DNA from: Erysipelotrichaceae bacterium
GTDB lineage: Bacteria > Bacillota_I > Bacilli_A > Erysipelotrichales > Erysipelotrichaceae
Length of the DNA: 32,000 nt
Reading direction: 5' to 3'
NCBI GenBank assembly: GCA_963663995.1
Contig: OY760660.1
Coordinates: 450,001-482,000, forward strand
Shown: piece after piece, positions 8,862 to 19,253 of the stretch
How the letters are laid out: every line of letters begins with the position of its first letter
Numbering within the stretch: position 1 is the stretch's first letter
Translations under genes and position numbers: made by a program
The notes under the pieces: generated by a model
What the model saw: only the letters and a program-made list of their open reading frames with translations
The model's database searches: none
Told to the model about the DNA's origin: nothing

Positions 8862-9824
8862 TTGAGGTACATTTATTTGACAGCACTTAACACCCATCAT
8901 TTTGATAATTTAAGTTTAGATGAAAGCCAAATATTATTTGGTGAACATGATAAGAACTTAAAACTTCTGAAACAATTCTTTAATATCGACTTTGTTTTTC
9001 GTGAACAAGAACTTTTAATTATTAAAGATGAACATCAACAAAGTGATTTACTTATTCAATGTTTTGAATTATGTATTCAACATATTCGTCAAAGTTCATA
9101 TTTAGATGAAAGAGATGTTATCTATATTGCTCAATCATCTAAAGCAAAGATTACAGCTTTATTTGAAAGTCAAAAATATCCGATTGGTAAACGCTTTAAT
9201 GGTAAACCTATTTACGCTAAGACCTTAGGTCAAAAAAACTTTATTGAAGCACTTAAGAAATATGAACTTGTCTTAAGTTCTGGTCCAGCAGGAACAGGTA
9301 AAACATATCTATCCGTTGTTTATGCCGTTTCTTGCTTAAAGAAAAATGAGATAAATAAGATCGTTTTAACAAGACCAGTTGTTGAAGCAGGTGAAAGCCT
9401 AGGTTTTCTACCCGGTGATTTAAAAGAAAAAATAGATCCTTACTTAAGACCACTGTATGACTCTTTATATGATTTACTCGGAACTGAGCAGGTCGATAAA
9501 ATGATTGAAAAAGGGATTATTGAAATTGCCCCTTTAGCCTATATGCGTGGTCGAACCTTCGATGATGCCTTTGTTATCTTGGATGAAGCACAAAATACAA
9601 CTAAGACGCAGATGCTCATGTTTTTAACCCGTATGGGCTTTAATACAAGAATGGTTATTACTGGTGATGAAAGTCAGGTTGATTTAAAACAAGCAAGCGG
9701 TTTAGCGCATGCAAAACGAGTTCTCAAAGATATTGAAGAACTTAAGTTTGTTCAACTTAGCCGTATGGATATCGTGCGTCATCCACTTGTCCAAAAAATT
9801 ATTGAATCCTATGAAAATGAATAA
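8862..9824 (+). CDS. phoH: PhoH-like ATPase
   Basis: Walker A GPAGTGKTYL, ILDEAQN, and the PhoH C-terminal blocks ITGDESQVDL and RHPLV. The start is ambiguous: TTG 8862 (track) or TTG 8877 (GAGG 9 nt upstream). Confidence 0.9.
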   Translation: MRYIYLTALNTHHFDNLSLDESQILFGEHDKNLKLLKQFFNIDFVFREQELLIIKDEHQQSDLLIQCFELCIQHIRQSSYLDERDVIYIAQSSKAKITALFESQKYPIGKRFNGKPIYAKTLGQKNFIEALKKYELVLSSGPAGTGKTYLSVVYAVSCLKKNEINKIVLTRPVVEAGESLGFLPGDLKEKIDPYLRPLYDSLYDLLGTEQVDKMIEKGIIEIAPLAYMRGRTFDDAFVILDEAQNTTKTQMLMFLTRMGFNTRMVITGDESQVDLKQASGLAHAKRVLKDIEELKFVQLSRMDIVRHPLVQKIIESYENE

Positions 9825-9845
9825 AGGCTCTTGCGAGCCTTTTTT
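9823..9845. terminator. Bidirectional intrinsic terminator shared by convergent phoH and the Na/Pi cotransporter gene
   Basis: 8-bp stem AAAGGCTC/GAGCCTTT with loop TTGC. T5 follows on the + strand and TTTATT on the - strand. It sits in the 26-nt gap between the two stop codons. Confidence 0.7.
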
Positions 9846-9850
9846 AGTGT

Positions 9851-11539
9851 TTAATTATTTTCTTCAATTTCATTCATGTTTTCATGCGTTCTATGAACTG
9901 AAACTGATGTTTTCGCAATGTTTTCACAGTGGTCACCAATACGTTCCAAAGTTCCTAGAATATCAACATAAACTGAACTACCAATCGCTGTATTACATGT
10001 TTCATCACGCATACGATCGAAGTGACGTTGACGTGCTTTAGATTCTAATAAGTCAAGATATGCTTCATCTTCTTTAATGGATTGAAGCATTGAATGGTCA
10101 CCTTCAGCAAACATTTTTAATGATCTTGTTAACATGTGTTCAATTAACTCGAACATGTTATTCATATCTTCTAATGCATCTTTTGAGAAGATTTCGCGTG
10201 AATCATAAACCATATCGAAGAATTCACCTAAATTAGTAGTTAAATCTCCAATTCGTTCTAAGTTTTTAATAACTTGTAAGTAAGAAGAATGTGCTTCGAT
10301 TTCTTTATCATTTAATTTTTGTTTAGAAATAATTAATAAATAATCTGTAATCTTAGTATCAAAGTTATTAATAATGCCTTCTACATCATTAATTTCTTTA
10401 AGATTTGCTTTACCTTCTCTATTTAAGTATTTTCGAGCTGTTGCGAGTATTTCAAATGTTATTTCACCCATTTTTAATGTAGCTTGTTTAGAAATATTGA
10501 GTGCAGCAGATGGAAGGTTCGTCGCTAAGTTAATATCGAAGTCTTCAGTATTAACACCCGTTCTTTCTTTTTCTTCACCGCGAATAACTTTTTTAATAAG
10601 CCATACCATTTGTTTAATGAATGGGAAGAAGACAATCGTCCCAACAAAGTTGAATATAATATGGGCTATCGCGATTTGCATCATTGATTCAAGATGGAAT
10701 ATCGTTGTTAAATAATCCATAATTTGGAAATAGAAAGGTAAGAAAATTAAAGCGATTGCCGTCATCAATAAGTTAAATAAGGTATGAACACCGGCTGCAC
10801 GACGAGCCGCAAGTGATCCACCAATGGCTGCTAATGCAGCCGTAATGGTTGTACCGATGTTTGAACCAAAGACGAAGGGTAGTGCTGCTTGAAATGTCAT
10901 ACCACCAGATTCATAAATCTTTTGAACAATACCAATCATCGCAGATGAGGATTGGATAACGGCGGTCATTAATGAACCACCTAGAACCCCTAATATAGGT
11001 TGTGAAGCAAATACATAAGTTAAATCTTGGAATTCTGGAATATACTTTAACATCTTCAAAGCATCGCCCATTAACATTAAGCCATAGAATAAAACACCAA
11101 AACCTAAGACAATTTCACCGATATAGTGATCACGTTTACGTTTTGCAAATAGTAAGAGGAATGTTCCTAAGAAGACAAAATAAAGTGAATACTTTTCAAC
11201 TTTTAAACCGACTAAGAAAGCAGTCACGGTTGTCCCGATATTAGCTCCTAAGATAATCCCAATGGTTTGGTCTAAACGCATTAAGCCAGCTCTAACGAAA
11301 CTGATCGTAATGGCTGTAGTAGCAGATGAAGATTGAATAAAGATTGTTACAATCGCCCCAATCAATAAGCCCATCCAAATTTTGGTCGTATATCGGTCAA
11401 TAATATCTTTTAATTTTTCACCGGCCAAAGATTTTAAACCATCACCCATGAATTGGATACCAAATAAAAATAAGCCCAATCCACCTAAAATTTCTTGCCA
11501 ACTAATGTCAGCAAAAGTTGCTTCTGTCAATAAGTGCAT
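9851..11539 (-). CDS. Na+/phosphate cotransporter family protein (NptA/YqeW-like) with C-terminal PhoU-like repeats
   Basis: Polytopic membrane N-terminal half with repeated QSSSA(T/M) blocks typical of the Na/Pi-II family. The C-terminal soluble half has two ERIGD(L/H) PhoU-like motifs. I prefer the ATG at 11539 (MHLLTEA..., SD AAGGTGG 7 nt upstream) over the track start at 11578. Confidence 0.85.
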   Translation of the reverse strand: MHLLTEATFADISWQEILGGLGLFLFGIQFMGDGLKSLAGEKLKDIIDRYTTKIWMGLLIGAIVTIFIQSSSATTAITISFVRAGLMRLDQTIGIILGANIGTTVTAFLVGLKVEKYSLYFVFLGTFLLLFAKRKRDHYIGEIVLGFGVLFYGLMLMGDALKMLKYIPEFQDLTYVFASQPILGVLGGSLMTAVIQSSSAMIGIVQKIYESGGMTFQAALPFVFGSNIGTTITAALAAIGGSLAARRAAGVHTLFNLLMTAIALIFLPFYFQIMDYLTTIFHLESMMQIAIAHIIFNFVGTIVFFPFIKQMVWLIKKVIRGEEKERTGVNTEDFDINLATNLPSAALNISKQATLKMGEITFEILATARKYLNREGKANLKEINDVEGIINNFDTKITDYLLIISKQKLNDKEIEAHSSYLQVIKNLERIGDLTTNLGEFFDMVYDSREIFSKDALEDMNNMFELIEHMLTRSLKMFAEGDHSMLQSIKEDEAYLDLLESKARQRHFDRMRDETCNTAIGSSVYVDILGTLERIGDHCENIAKTSVSVHRTHENMNEIEENN

Positions 11540-11565
11540 AATTACCACCTTAATAGTTCGTTTAC

Positions 11566-11594
11566 ATTGTAAAGTCAAGTGAACAAAAAAACAA
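11566..11594 (-). promoter_or_regulatory. Putative sigma-A promoter for the Na/Pi cotransporter gene
   Basis: On the minus strand: -35 TTGTTT, 17-nt spacer, -10 TACAAT. This leaves a leader of about 25 nt containing the AAGGTGG SD. Confidence 0.4.
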
Positions 11595-11610
11595 TCTGTT
11601 ATTGAGCATA

Positions 11611-11619
11611 TGTTATAAT
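11611..11619 (+). promoter_or_regulatory. Extended -10 element (TGtTATAAT) upstream of ybeY
   Basis: TGtTATAAT ends 11 nt before the ybeY ATG. I saw no good -35 and no SD. Confidence 0.4.
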
Positions 11620-11630
11620 TTAAATGCTTT

Positions 11631-12083
11631 ATGAACTACAGTTTTATCAACCAAACAGATGAAAAGTCTTGGAAAAATTATCGTATTTTTATCTCTCAAG
11701 TCGTTAAAGAAACAAGTCGAGTTTTGAAGATACGAAAGCATTTTCAATTCTCAGTCATTTTAGTCGATTCGGCTACTATACAAATTATTAATCGAGATTA
11801 TCGTCAGAAAGACCAAGTAACTGATGTCATTTCTTTTGCATCAAATGATGTTTTAGGTTTTGAAATTAAAGAAAGCATAAATGAACTTGGGGATATTTTT
11901 ATTAATGTTGATCGGATTCGCTCTCAAGCACAAGATTATGGTCATTCATTAAAAAGAGAATTTAGTTTCTTAGTCACTCATGGTTTATTACATTTGTTAG
12001 GTTATGATCACATGAATGATAAAGAAGAAAAAGAAATGTTCAACTTACAAGAGGAGATTTTGGGTGAAATCGCGAAGAGATAG
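11631..12083 (+). CDS. ybeY: rRNA maturation endoribonuclease YbeY
   Basis: TDVISF and the zinc motif HGLLHLLGYDH. Position upstream of dgkA-cdd-era as in Bacillus. Confidence 0.9.
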   Translation: MNYSFINQTDEKSWKNYRIFISQVVKETSRVLKIRKHFQFSVILVDSATIQIINRDYRQKDQVTDVISFASNDVLGFEIKESINELGDIFINVDRIRSQAQDYGHSLKREFSFLVTHGLLHLLGYDHMNDKEEKEMFNLQEEILGEIAKR

Positions 12084-12432
12084 TTTTACAAATCGTTTTA
12101 TTAATAAGTTTAAAGTAGCATTTATTGGTTTATTTGAAGGATTATCAACAGATATCAGCATTCAAATACAGTTTGGTATGGCCTTTATCGCAATTGTGAT
12201 TGCCTTTTACTTTCAATTCACCTATATTGAATGGGCGATTTGGTTAATTTGTATTGGTATCGTTATTACCTTAGAATATTTAAATTCAGCATTTGAACAA
12301 ATGTTAGATCGCTTTGATCCTACATATCATGTTTTAACTAAAAGAGCTAAAGATTTAGGGGCTGCTTCTGTCTTGGTAAGCGCAATCTTAAGTGTTGTAG
12401 TTGGATTAATATTTATATTCCATCATATATAA
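12064..12432 (+). CDS. dgkA: Diacylglycerol/undecaprenol kinase (DgkA family)
   Basis: Small three-TM protein with FRNRF-like FTNRFINKF..., E..NSA(F)E (TLEYLNSAFEQ) and AKDLGAA blocks. I prefer the GTG at 12064 (SD GAGGAG 7 nt upstream, 122 aa) over the Lys-rich track extension from 12016. Confidence 0.85.
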   Translation: MKSRRDSFTNRFINKFKVAFIGLFEGLSTDISIQIQFGMAFIAIVIAFYFQFTYIEWAIWLICIGIVITLEYLNSAFEQMLDRFDPTYHVLTKRAKDLGAASVLVSAILSVVVGLIFIFHHI

Positions 12433-12441
12433 GGAGATTTT

Positions 12442-12840
12442 ATGAATCACGATGAATTATTAAAACACGCTTTTAAAGCGATGGATAACGCTTATGCACC
12501 TTATTCAAATTATCATGTAGGTGCCTGTGTGCTAACTAAAGATGGCCACACTTTTTTAGGTGCTAATATTGAGAATGCTTCTTACGGAGCAACCAACTGT
12601 GGAGAGCGCTCAGCTATTTTTGCGGCTTATTCAAATGGTTATCGAAAAGAAGATATCGAAGCACTCGCAATTGTGACAGATGGAGATATTTTAGCGGGGC
12701 CTTGTGGTATATGCCGTCAAGTCTTATCAGAACTATTAGAAGATAATACACCTATTGTTTTATCAAATGGAAAAGAAACGGATGTTAAAACAATTGATGA
12801 ACTTTTACCTATGCGTTTTACAAGTGAGGATTTAAAGTGA
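12442..12840 (+). CDS. cdd: Cytidine deaminase
   Basis: Zinc motifs CGERSAIF and PCGICRQ. 132 aa. SD AAGGAG upstream. Confidence 0.92.
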   Translation: MNHDELLKHAFKAMDNAYAPYSNYHVGACVLTKDGHTFLGANIENASYGATNCGERSAIFAAYSNGYRKEDIEALAIVTDGDILAGPCGICRQVLSELLEDNTPIVLSNGKETDVKTIDELLPMRFTSEDLK

Positions 12841-13730
12841 GTTTTAAAGCAGGATTTGTTGCCTTAATTGGACGTCCCAATGCCGGGAAGAGTACTTTAG
12901 TCAATCGTTTGGTTAATCATAAAGTAGCGATCGTATCGAATAAAGCACAAACAACACGTAATACAATTAAAGCGATTTTAACCAATGAGAATTCGCAAAT
13001 GGTTTTTATCGATACCCCAGGTATTCATAAAGCACAACATGAAATGGGACGACAATTAAATAAGTTATCTTTTTCCTCTATTGAAGGTGTTGATTTAATT
13101 TTCTATTTATTTGATGCGACGAAGTTTTTTGGAAAAAGTGATCGTTTTGTCTTAGATTTGCTCGCAAAACAGGAAATGCCTGTCTTTTTGATTTTAAATA
13201 AAATAGATATGTTAAGTCGTAAAGATTTAATTAATCGTTTAAATGAATTACAAAAAGAATTTAACTTTGCGGAGATTATTCCAATAAGTGCATTGAATAA
13301 CGATAATATTGATCGTTTAATCAAAGTCAGTGAATCTTATATGCCTGAAGGCGAAAAGATGTTTCATGAAGATTGGGCTTTAGATTATCCAGAACAATTT
13401 ATGATTACTGAAATCATTCGTGAACATATTTTGCACTTAACACGAGAAGAGATTCCGCATTCGGTTGCGGTTAGTTTAGATAATATGAAAGAAGATAAAA
13501 AAGGAATTTTAATTCAAGCAAGTATTATCACTGAAAGAGATTCTCAAAAAGGAATATTGATTGGTAAACAGGGTTCAATGTTAAAACAAATTGGACAAAA
13601 TGCGCGTGAAGAACTTCAAAAGCGTTTAAACAAACCTATTTTCTTAGATATTTTAGTTAAAGTAGAACCTAATTGGCGAAATACCCGACGAAATTTAGAT
13701 CGTTTACTTCACCAAGAATATGAACGTTAA
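12837..13730 (+). CDS. era: GTPase Era
   Basis: G1 GRPNAGKSTL, G3 DTPG, G4 NKID and a KH domain at the C-terminus (GKQGSMLKQIG). The GTG start overlaps the cdd stop (GTGA). Confidence 0.95.
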   Translation: MSFKAGFVALIGRPNAGKSTLVNRLVNHKVAIVSNKAQTTRNTIKAILTNENSQMVFIDTPGIHKAQHEMGRQLNKLSFSSIEGVDLIFYLFDATKFFGKSDRFVLDLLAKQEMPVFLILNKIDMLSRKDLINRLNELQKEFNFAEIIPISALNNDNIDRLIKVSESYMPEGEKMFHEDWALDYPEQFMITEIIREHILHLTREEIPHSVAVSLDNMKEDKKGILIQASIITERDSQKGILIGKQGSMLKQIGQNAREELQKRLNKPIFLDILVKVEPNWRNTRRNLDRLLHQEYER

Positions 13731-14482
13731 TGAAAACTGAAACTGAAGTTATTATTCTTTCATCACAAGATTATCGAGAAAGTGATTCACTCCTTCGTGT
13801 ACTTTCTAAAGATAAAGGCTTATGTACTTTTGTGGCAAAAGGCTTAAATAAGATTAATAGTAAAAATCGTATGGGTGCTCTACCTTATGGGAAGTCAATT
13901 TTTTTATATGATGAAAAAGAAGGCAAAGATATCCAAAGTTTACAAAGTGCACAGTCACTTATTAATCGATATAAAATACATGAAGATTTAGAAAAGAGTA
14001 GTTTAGCTTCATTTGTTGTTGAGATGGCTGATTCATTACTAAAACATGAACAAGACTTTGAGATATTAGAAGATACTTATCTTTTCATTGATAAGATGTT
14101 TGAAAGAATTGAAACATCTAAGCAATATGCACATTTACTGGTGATTACACTAATTCATTTCTTAGATCTGTTTGGTTTAAGACCCTATGTTGATGCTTGT
14201 GTAAGCTGTGGTTCAAGTAAAATCAATAGTATTTCAATCGAAGAGGGTGGTTTCATATGTCATAACTGTCAACATGAATTACATTCTCCGATTTATGATG
14301 TTGATAGTTTAAAACAGTTTAGATTAATGGGTCGAATGAGTGACGAACATATCGATGCTTATTTGAAATTTGATGCGCCAAGTCTTAGAATGATACAGGT
14401 GCTTATCCAGTTTTTTGAATATCATAGTTCTCAACACTTAAACACATGGGAATTCATTCAAAAATACACTATAATAAAGTAG
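13730..14482 (+). CDS. recO: DNA repair protein RecO
   Basis: OB-fold N-terminus (YRESDSLLRVLSKDKG) and zinc finger CVSCGS...CHNC. Canonical position after era. Confidence 0.88.
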   Translation: MKTETEVIILSSQDYRESDSLLRVLSKDKGLCTFVAKGLNKINSKNRMGALPYGKSIFLYDEKEGKDIQSLQSAQSLINRYKIHEDLEKSSLASFVVEMADSLLKHEQDFEILEDTYLFIDKMFERIETSKQYAHLLVITLIHFLDLFGLRPYVDACVSCGSSKINSISIEEGGFICHNCQHELHSPIYDVDSLKQFRLMGRMSDEHIDAYLKFDAPSLRMIQVLIQFFEYHSSQHLNTWEFIQKYTIIK

Positions 14483-14503
14483 TTATTTAAAAGAGGAGAT
14501 TAT

Positions 14504-15874
14504 ATGTCTGTACCATTTGAAACAATCGTAAATCACGCAAAAAATCAGGGTTTTGTCTTTCAAGGATCTGAAATATATGGTGGTTTATCCAATACTTGGG
14601 ATTTCGGTCCTTTAGGTTCACAATTAAAACAAAATATTAAATCCGCTTGGCGTTTGAAATTTATTCAATCAAATCCATATAATGTTGAAATTCAAGCTGC
14701 TATTCTCATGAATCCAAATGTTTGGAAAGCGAGTGGTCATTTAAAAACTTTTGCTGACCCACTAATGGACTGTAAGAAATGCAAAACACGTCATCGTGCT
14801 GATAAACTAATTGATGCTTTTACAGCCGGAAAAGTAAATGCAGCAACAATGTCTGTTGAGCAAATGCAAGATTATATTAAAGACAACAATATTCCATGTC
14901 CTGATTGTGGAGCACATGATTTTACTGATATTCGTCAGTTTAATTTAATGTTTAAAACATTCCAAGGTGTATTAGAAGATTCTAAAAACACCATTTATTT
15001 AAGACCTGAGACAGCTCAAGGGATGTTTGTTAATTTTAAAAATGTTCAACGTACAAGCCGTAAGAAAATACCATTTGGGATTGGACAAGTAGGTAAATCT
15101 TTTAGAAATGAAATTACACCAGGTAACTTTATCTTTAGAACACGTGAATTTGAACAAATGGAATTAGAATTTTTCTGTAAACCTGGTGAAGATCTTCAAT
15201 GGTATGACTATTGGAAAGATTTCTGCTTTAATTGGTTGACTGATTTAGGTGTTAAAAAAGAAAATCTTCGTATTCGTGAACATGATCAAGAAGAATTATC
15301 ACATTACTCAAATGGAACCAGTGATATTGAATATTATTTCCCTTGGGGTTTTGATGAAATTTGGGGTATTGCAGATCGTACAGATTATGATTTAACTCAA
15401 CACATCAAACACTCTGGAGAGAAATTAGACTATTTAGATCCAACAACTAATGAAAAATATGTACCTTATTGTGTTGAACCAGCGGTTGGGATTGAACGTT
15501 TGTTCTTAACTTTCATGACGGATGCTTATGAAGAACAAGAACTTGAAAGAGATACACGTGTTGTATTACACCTTCATCCATATCTTGCTCCCTATAAAGC
15601 TTGTGTCTTACCTTTAAGTAAACAATTGGGTGAGCAAGCACAAAAAATCTATGCTGATTTAGCTCAAAACTTCATGGTTGAATATGATGAATCAGGAAGT
15701 ATTGGTAAACGTTATCGTCGTCAAGATGCGATTGGAACACCTTTCTGCATTACCGTTGATTTTGAAACTGAAAATGATGGTAAAGTAACTGTTCGCCATC
15801 GTGATTCAATGGAACAAGAACGTTTAACGATTGAAGAACTCGTACCATTTATTCAAAAAAGTTTAAAATTTTAA
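14504..15874 (+). CDS. glyQS: Glycine--tRNA ligase, single-chain alpha2 type
   Basis: [32 protein letters not shown] and a class II core. 456 aa. SD AGGAGA upstream. Confidence 0.95.
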   Translation: MSVPFETIVNHAKNQGFVFQGSEIYGGLSNTWDFGPLGSQLKQNIKSAWRLKFIQSNPYNVEIQAAILMNPNVWKASGHLKTFADPLMDCKKCKTRHRADKLIDAFTAGKVNAATMSVEQMQDYIKDNNIPCPDCGAHDFTDIRQFNLMFKTFQGVLEDSKNTIYLRPETAQGMFVNFKNVQRTSRKKIPFGIGQVGKSFRNEITPGNFIFRTREFEQMELEFFCKPGEDLQWYDYWKDFCFNWLTDLGVKKENLRIREHDQEELSHYSNGTSDIEYYFPWGFDEIWGIADRTDYDLTQHIKHSGEKLDYLDPTTNEKYVPYCVEPAVGIERLFLTFMTDAYEEQELERDTRVVLHLHPYLAPYKACVLPLSKQLGEQAQKIYADLAQNFMVEYDESGSIGKRYRRQDAIGTPFCITVDFETENDGKVTVRHRDSMEQERLTIEELVPFIQKSLKF

Positions 15875-15883
15875 AGGAGTTTG

Positions 15884-17662
15884 ATGAACGAAGATATTCT
15901 TAATGAGATTCGATCTAAGACCGATATCGTCGAAACCATTCGTTCGTATATACCGGTTATTAAAAAGGGCAAGAGCTTTGCGGCTGTTTGTCCCTTTCAT
16001 GATGACCACAATCCATCGATGTCTATTTCTCCTGATAAGCAAATCTATAAATGTTTTGTTTGTGGCGCAGGTGGAAATGTTTTTAGTTTTGTCAGAGACT
16101 TTGAAAAAATTACATTTAATGAAGCAGTTGAGCGCTTAGCAATACAAGCTGGCATTCAACTTGATTCATCGTTTAGTCAAAATAAAGTGCAAATTGATCC
16201 CATTAGACAAGGCTATTATGATACCTTAGATGAATATTTACGATTTGTTAAATACAATTTAGCGTCAACTGAAGGAAATGAAGCACGAGCTTATCTTGAA
16301 AAAAGGGGTCTTAATCAAGAACAAATCCAAAAATTTGAGATTGGTTATAACCCAGCTGACCATAAGGCTAATGATTTCTTAGAGGCTAAAGGTTATGATA
16401 TTGAAAAAAGAACACAAAGTAATTTAGTTCGTGTGAATGAATTTGGGGTTAAAGATGTCTTTGAAAACCGTATTACTTTTCCAATCCATTCAGCAAGTGG
16501 TCAAGTCTTAGGTTTCAGCGCAAGAACACTTGATCCGTCACACCCAAGCAAATACATTAATACCGCTGAAACAGATATCTATCAAAAAGGTAAATTACTC
16601 TATAATTTACATCGTGCTAAACAAGCGATAAAAAGCCAACAGTTTATAATCTTAGTTGAAGGGGTTATGGATGTCATTGCTTATGATAAAGCTGGCTTTG
16701 AAAATGTTGTTGCTTCCTTAGGTACAGCTTTAACCATTGATCAAATTCGTTTGTTAAAGAATAATTCTTTAAATATCTATTTATCGTATGATAGTGACAA
16801 TGCCGGTCAAATGGCAACACAAAAAATTGGTCGTTTATTATCTGAACAAGGCTTTAAAGTCTTTGTCTGTCAAAATAACTTAGCTAAAGATATTGATGAA
16901 ACATTACAAAAACATGGTTTAAAAGCTGTTCAAAACATTGTTGAAGCCAAGAAAAGTTTTGTTGAATATCTCTTTGACTCAAGTATGAATCGATTAGATT
17001 TAGAAAATTATTCTCAAAAAAAAGAATTTGCTCGCTTAATGATGTTAGAATTGATTTCCATTAAAGATGCCTTTGATCAATCACATATGAAAAATCGCAT
17101 CATGGATGTGACCGGATTTACTGAAGATCAATTAGATTTATTAGTTCCACAAACACAAAAACCTAAAACAAAAATTAGAAGATCTGAAAATTTACGTAAA
17201 GTATTAAAACAAAACGAATTATCTGATTGGGCAGAAAAGGAAATTTTAGGACAAATGCTTGTATCACAGAATGCCATGCAAGTATTTAGAAAAGAATTAG
17301 GCTATTTTGTAGATGATCTCTATCAAAAATGTGCCTTGAAGATTATGCATTACTACAGACATCACGACTCTATTGTAGTCGCTGATTTTATCAATACACT
17401 CGACTCAAGCGCAGCTATCGAATGTATCACCCAAATAGTTGAAAGTGATATATACTATAATAGCTATAGTGAAAAAGCTCTGATGGATGCCATCATACAA
17501 GTCAAAATCAATACCATCGATATTCAAATCGACCAGTTCAAACAGGAACACAAAGAAGCACTTGTATTAGATAGTAACCCAGACTTAATGATTCAATATC
17601 AATCGCTTATTAAACAGCGTCGAGATTATTTAAAGAAAAAAGGGGAGTCAAATGGCAAGTAA
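15884..17662 (+). CDS. dnaG: DNA primase
   Basis: Zinc finger [29 protein letters not shown] and the TOPRIM block [11 protein letters not shown]...YDSDNAG. I prefer the ATG at 15884 (SD AAGGAG) over the TTG at 15881. Confidence 0.95.
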   Translation: MNEDILNEIRSKTDIVETIRSYIPVIKKGKSFAAVCPFHDDHNPSMSISPDKQIYKCFVCGAGGNVFSFVRDFEKITFNEAVERLAIQAGIQLDSSFSQNKVQIDPIRQGYYDTLDEYLRFVKYNLASTEGNEARAYLEKRGLNQEQIQKFEIGYNPADHKANDFLEAKGYDIEKRTQSNLVRVNEFGVKDVFENRITFPIHSASGQVLGFSARTLDPSHPSKYINTAETDIYQKGKLLYNLHRAKQAIKSQQFIILVEGVMDVIAYDKAGFENVVASLGTALTIDQIRLLKNNSLNIYLSYDSDNAGQMATQKIGRLLSEQGFKVFVCQNNLAKDIDETLQKHGLKAVQNIVEAKKSFVEYLFDSSMNRLDLENYSQKKEFARLMMLELISIKDAFDQSHMKNRIMDVTGFTEDQLDLLVPQTQKPKTKIRRSENLRKVLKQNELSDWAEKEILGQMLVSQNAMQVFRKELGYFVDDLYQKCALKIMHYYRHHDSIVVADFINTLDSSAAIECITQIVESDIYYNSYSEKALMDAIIQVKINTIDIQIDQFKQEHKEALVLDSNPDLMIQYQSLIKQRRDYLKKKGESNGK

Positions 17663-19253
17663 AGTAAAAACATTAGATGAATTAAAAACAAGTTTTGTTA
17701 AATCATTTAAAAAGAAAAAGAAACTCACACAAGATGAAGTAGATAAAGCCTTAAGTATTTATGACTTAAGCGATGAAGATGCTCAAGATTTTATTGATGG
17801 GCTTTTAAGTGCAGGTGTAGTCCTAAGTGAAGACACTGATGAGGAAGATATTGAAGATAATCCATTAGTGGTTGAAGATGTCGAATCTGATGAAGAATTT
17901 GATGATGAAGAAGATCATGATAAACCGTCTAAAACAGTTCGTAACTATTCTTCAAATACAGCCGCAAGAGTTAATGACCCAGTTAAACAATATCTAAAAG
18001 AAATTGGACGTGTTGATTTATTAACTTCAGCGATGGAAACAGAATATGCAATTGCGATTCGTGATGGTGTTGCGATTTATAAAGAATGGGTTCAAAAAGT
18101 CTTTTCTTGGTTTAATTTAGATGAAACAGCTAGTGACTATGCAAGTTTAAGTTCACAAGTTGTTTATGATTTTGAAGTAGCTGAAACGTTCAAAGAATTA
18201 GATTCTAGCGCTTTTGATATTAGTTATTTAGCTCTTATTAATCGTTTCAAAATCTTCATTAATCGTGAAGAAATACTTAAAAAGGAATTTGAAATCATTC
18301 AATCTTTTGACCGTTTTGAAGAATTGGATCATGCCAATTCATTCTCTAAAGTGCGTTCAGTTTTAGGCTGTCCTAATTTAGCTGAACTATTTAATGATTT
18401 AAAATCAGATGTCGAAGAGTATCGTCATTTCGTATATAAAAATTTATTAGTTAATATGTCACAACATTTCTTCGATAATGTTGAACAATCTAAAAAGGAC
18501 TTAAAAGTGATTCATGCGGGTGATATGGCTAAGCAAGAACTAATTTCTGCTAACTTACGTTTAGTTGTTTCGATTGCAAAAAAATATGTAGGACGTGGCA
18601 TGTTGTTCTTGGATTTAATTCAAGAAGGAAACATGGGTTTAGTCAAAGCTGTCGAAAAATTTGACCACACTAAAGGCTTTAAATTCTCAACTTATGCAAC
18701 ATGGTGGATTAGACAAGCCATTACGCGTGCGATAGCTGACCAAGCTAGAACCATCCGTATTCCTGTTCATATGGTTGAAACCATTAATAAGTTAACACGT
18801 ATTCAAAGACAATTAGTTCAAGATTTAGGTCGTGATCCATCAGCTGAAGAAATTGCTGCAAAAATGGAAGGTATTACACCTGAAAAAGTACGTGAAATTC
18901 AAAAGATTGCCCTTGAACCTGTATCTCTTGAAACACCTATTGGTGAAGAAGATGATTCACATTTAGGCGACTTTATTGAAGATAAAGATGCGATGTCACC
19001 AGATGAGTATGCAAATAATCAACTCTTGAAAGATGAGATTAATAACATTCTTCAAGGTTTAACTGAGCGTGAAGAAAAAGTATTACGTTTACGATTTGGT
19101 CTATATGATGGACGTACTCGTACTTTAGAAGAAGTGGGTAAAGAATTTGATGTTACCCGTGAAAGAATTCGTCAAATCGAAGCAAAAGCACTTCGTAAAC
19201 TTAAACATCCAACTCGTTCTAAACGTTTAAAGGATTTTAACGATAAGATTTAA
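17652..19253 (+). CDS. sigA: Primary RNA polymerase sigma factor SigA/RpoD (533 aa, with an internal insertion)
   Basis: Region 1.2 [16 protein letters not shown]. Region 2 [31 protein letters not shown]...[30 protein letters not shown]. Region 4 [30 protein letters not shown]. These are near-identical to B. subtilis SigA except for an extra block at aa ~140-287. Confidence 0.95.
   Translation: MASKVKTLDELKTSFVKSFKKKKKLTQDEVDKALSIYDLSDEDAQDFIDGLLSAGVVLSEDTDEEDIEDNPLVVEDVESDEEFDDEEDHDKPSKTVRNYSSNTAARVNDPVKQYLKEIGRVDLLTSAMETEYAIAIRDGVAIYKEWVQKVFSWFNLDETASDYASLSSQVVYDFEVAETFKELDSSAFDISYLALINRFKIFINREEILKKEFEIIQSFDRFEELDHANSFSKVRSVLGCPNLAELFNDLKSDVEEYRHFVYKNLLVNMSQHFFDNVEQSKKDLKVIHAGDMAKQELISANLRLVVSIAKKYVGRGMLFLDLIQEGNMGLVKAVEKFDHTKGFKFSTYATWWIRQAITRAIADQARTIRIPVHMVETINKLTRIQRQLVQDLGRDPSAEEIAAKMEGITPEKVREIQKIALEPVSLETPIGEEDDSHLGDFIEDKDAMSPDEYANNQLLKDEINNILQGLTEREEKVLRLRFGLYDGRTRTLEEVGKEFDVTRERIRQIEAKALRKLKHPTRSKRLKDFNDKI

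Noticed and set aside
17700-17730. Poly-A/Lys tracts (AAAAAGAAAAAGAAA in sigA, similar ones in the dgkA upstream frame and the helicase tail), considered as programmed slippage sites.
   Set aside because: The reading frames continue normally with conserved downstream domains. No alternative frame is open, and the composition is just AT-rich Lys codons.
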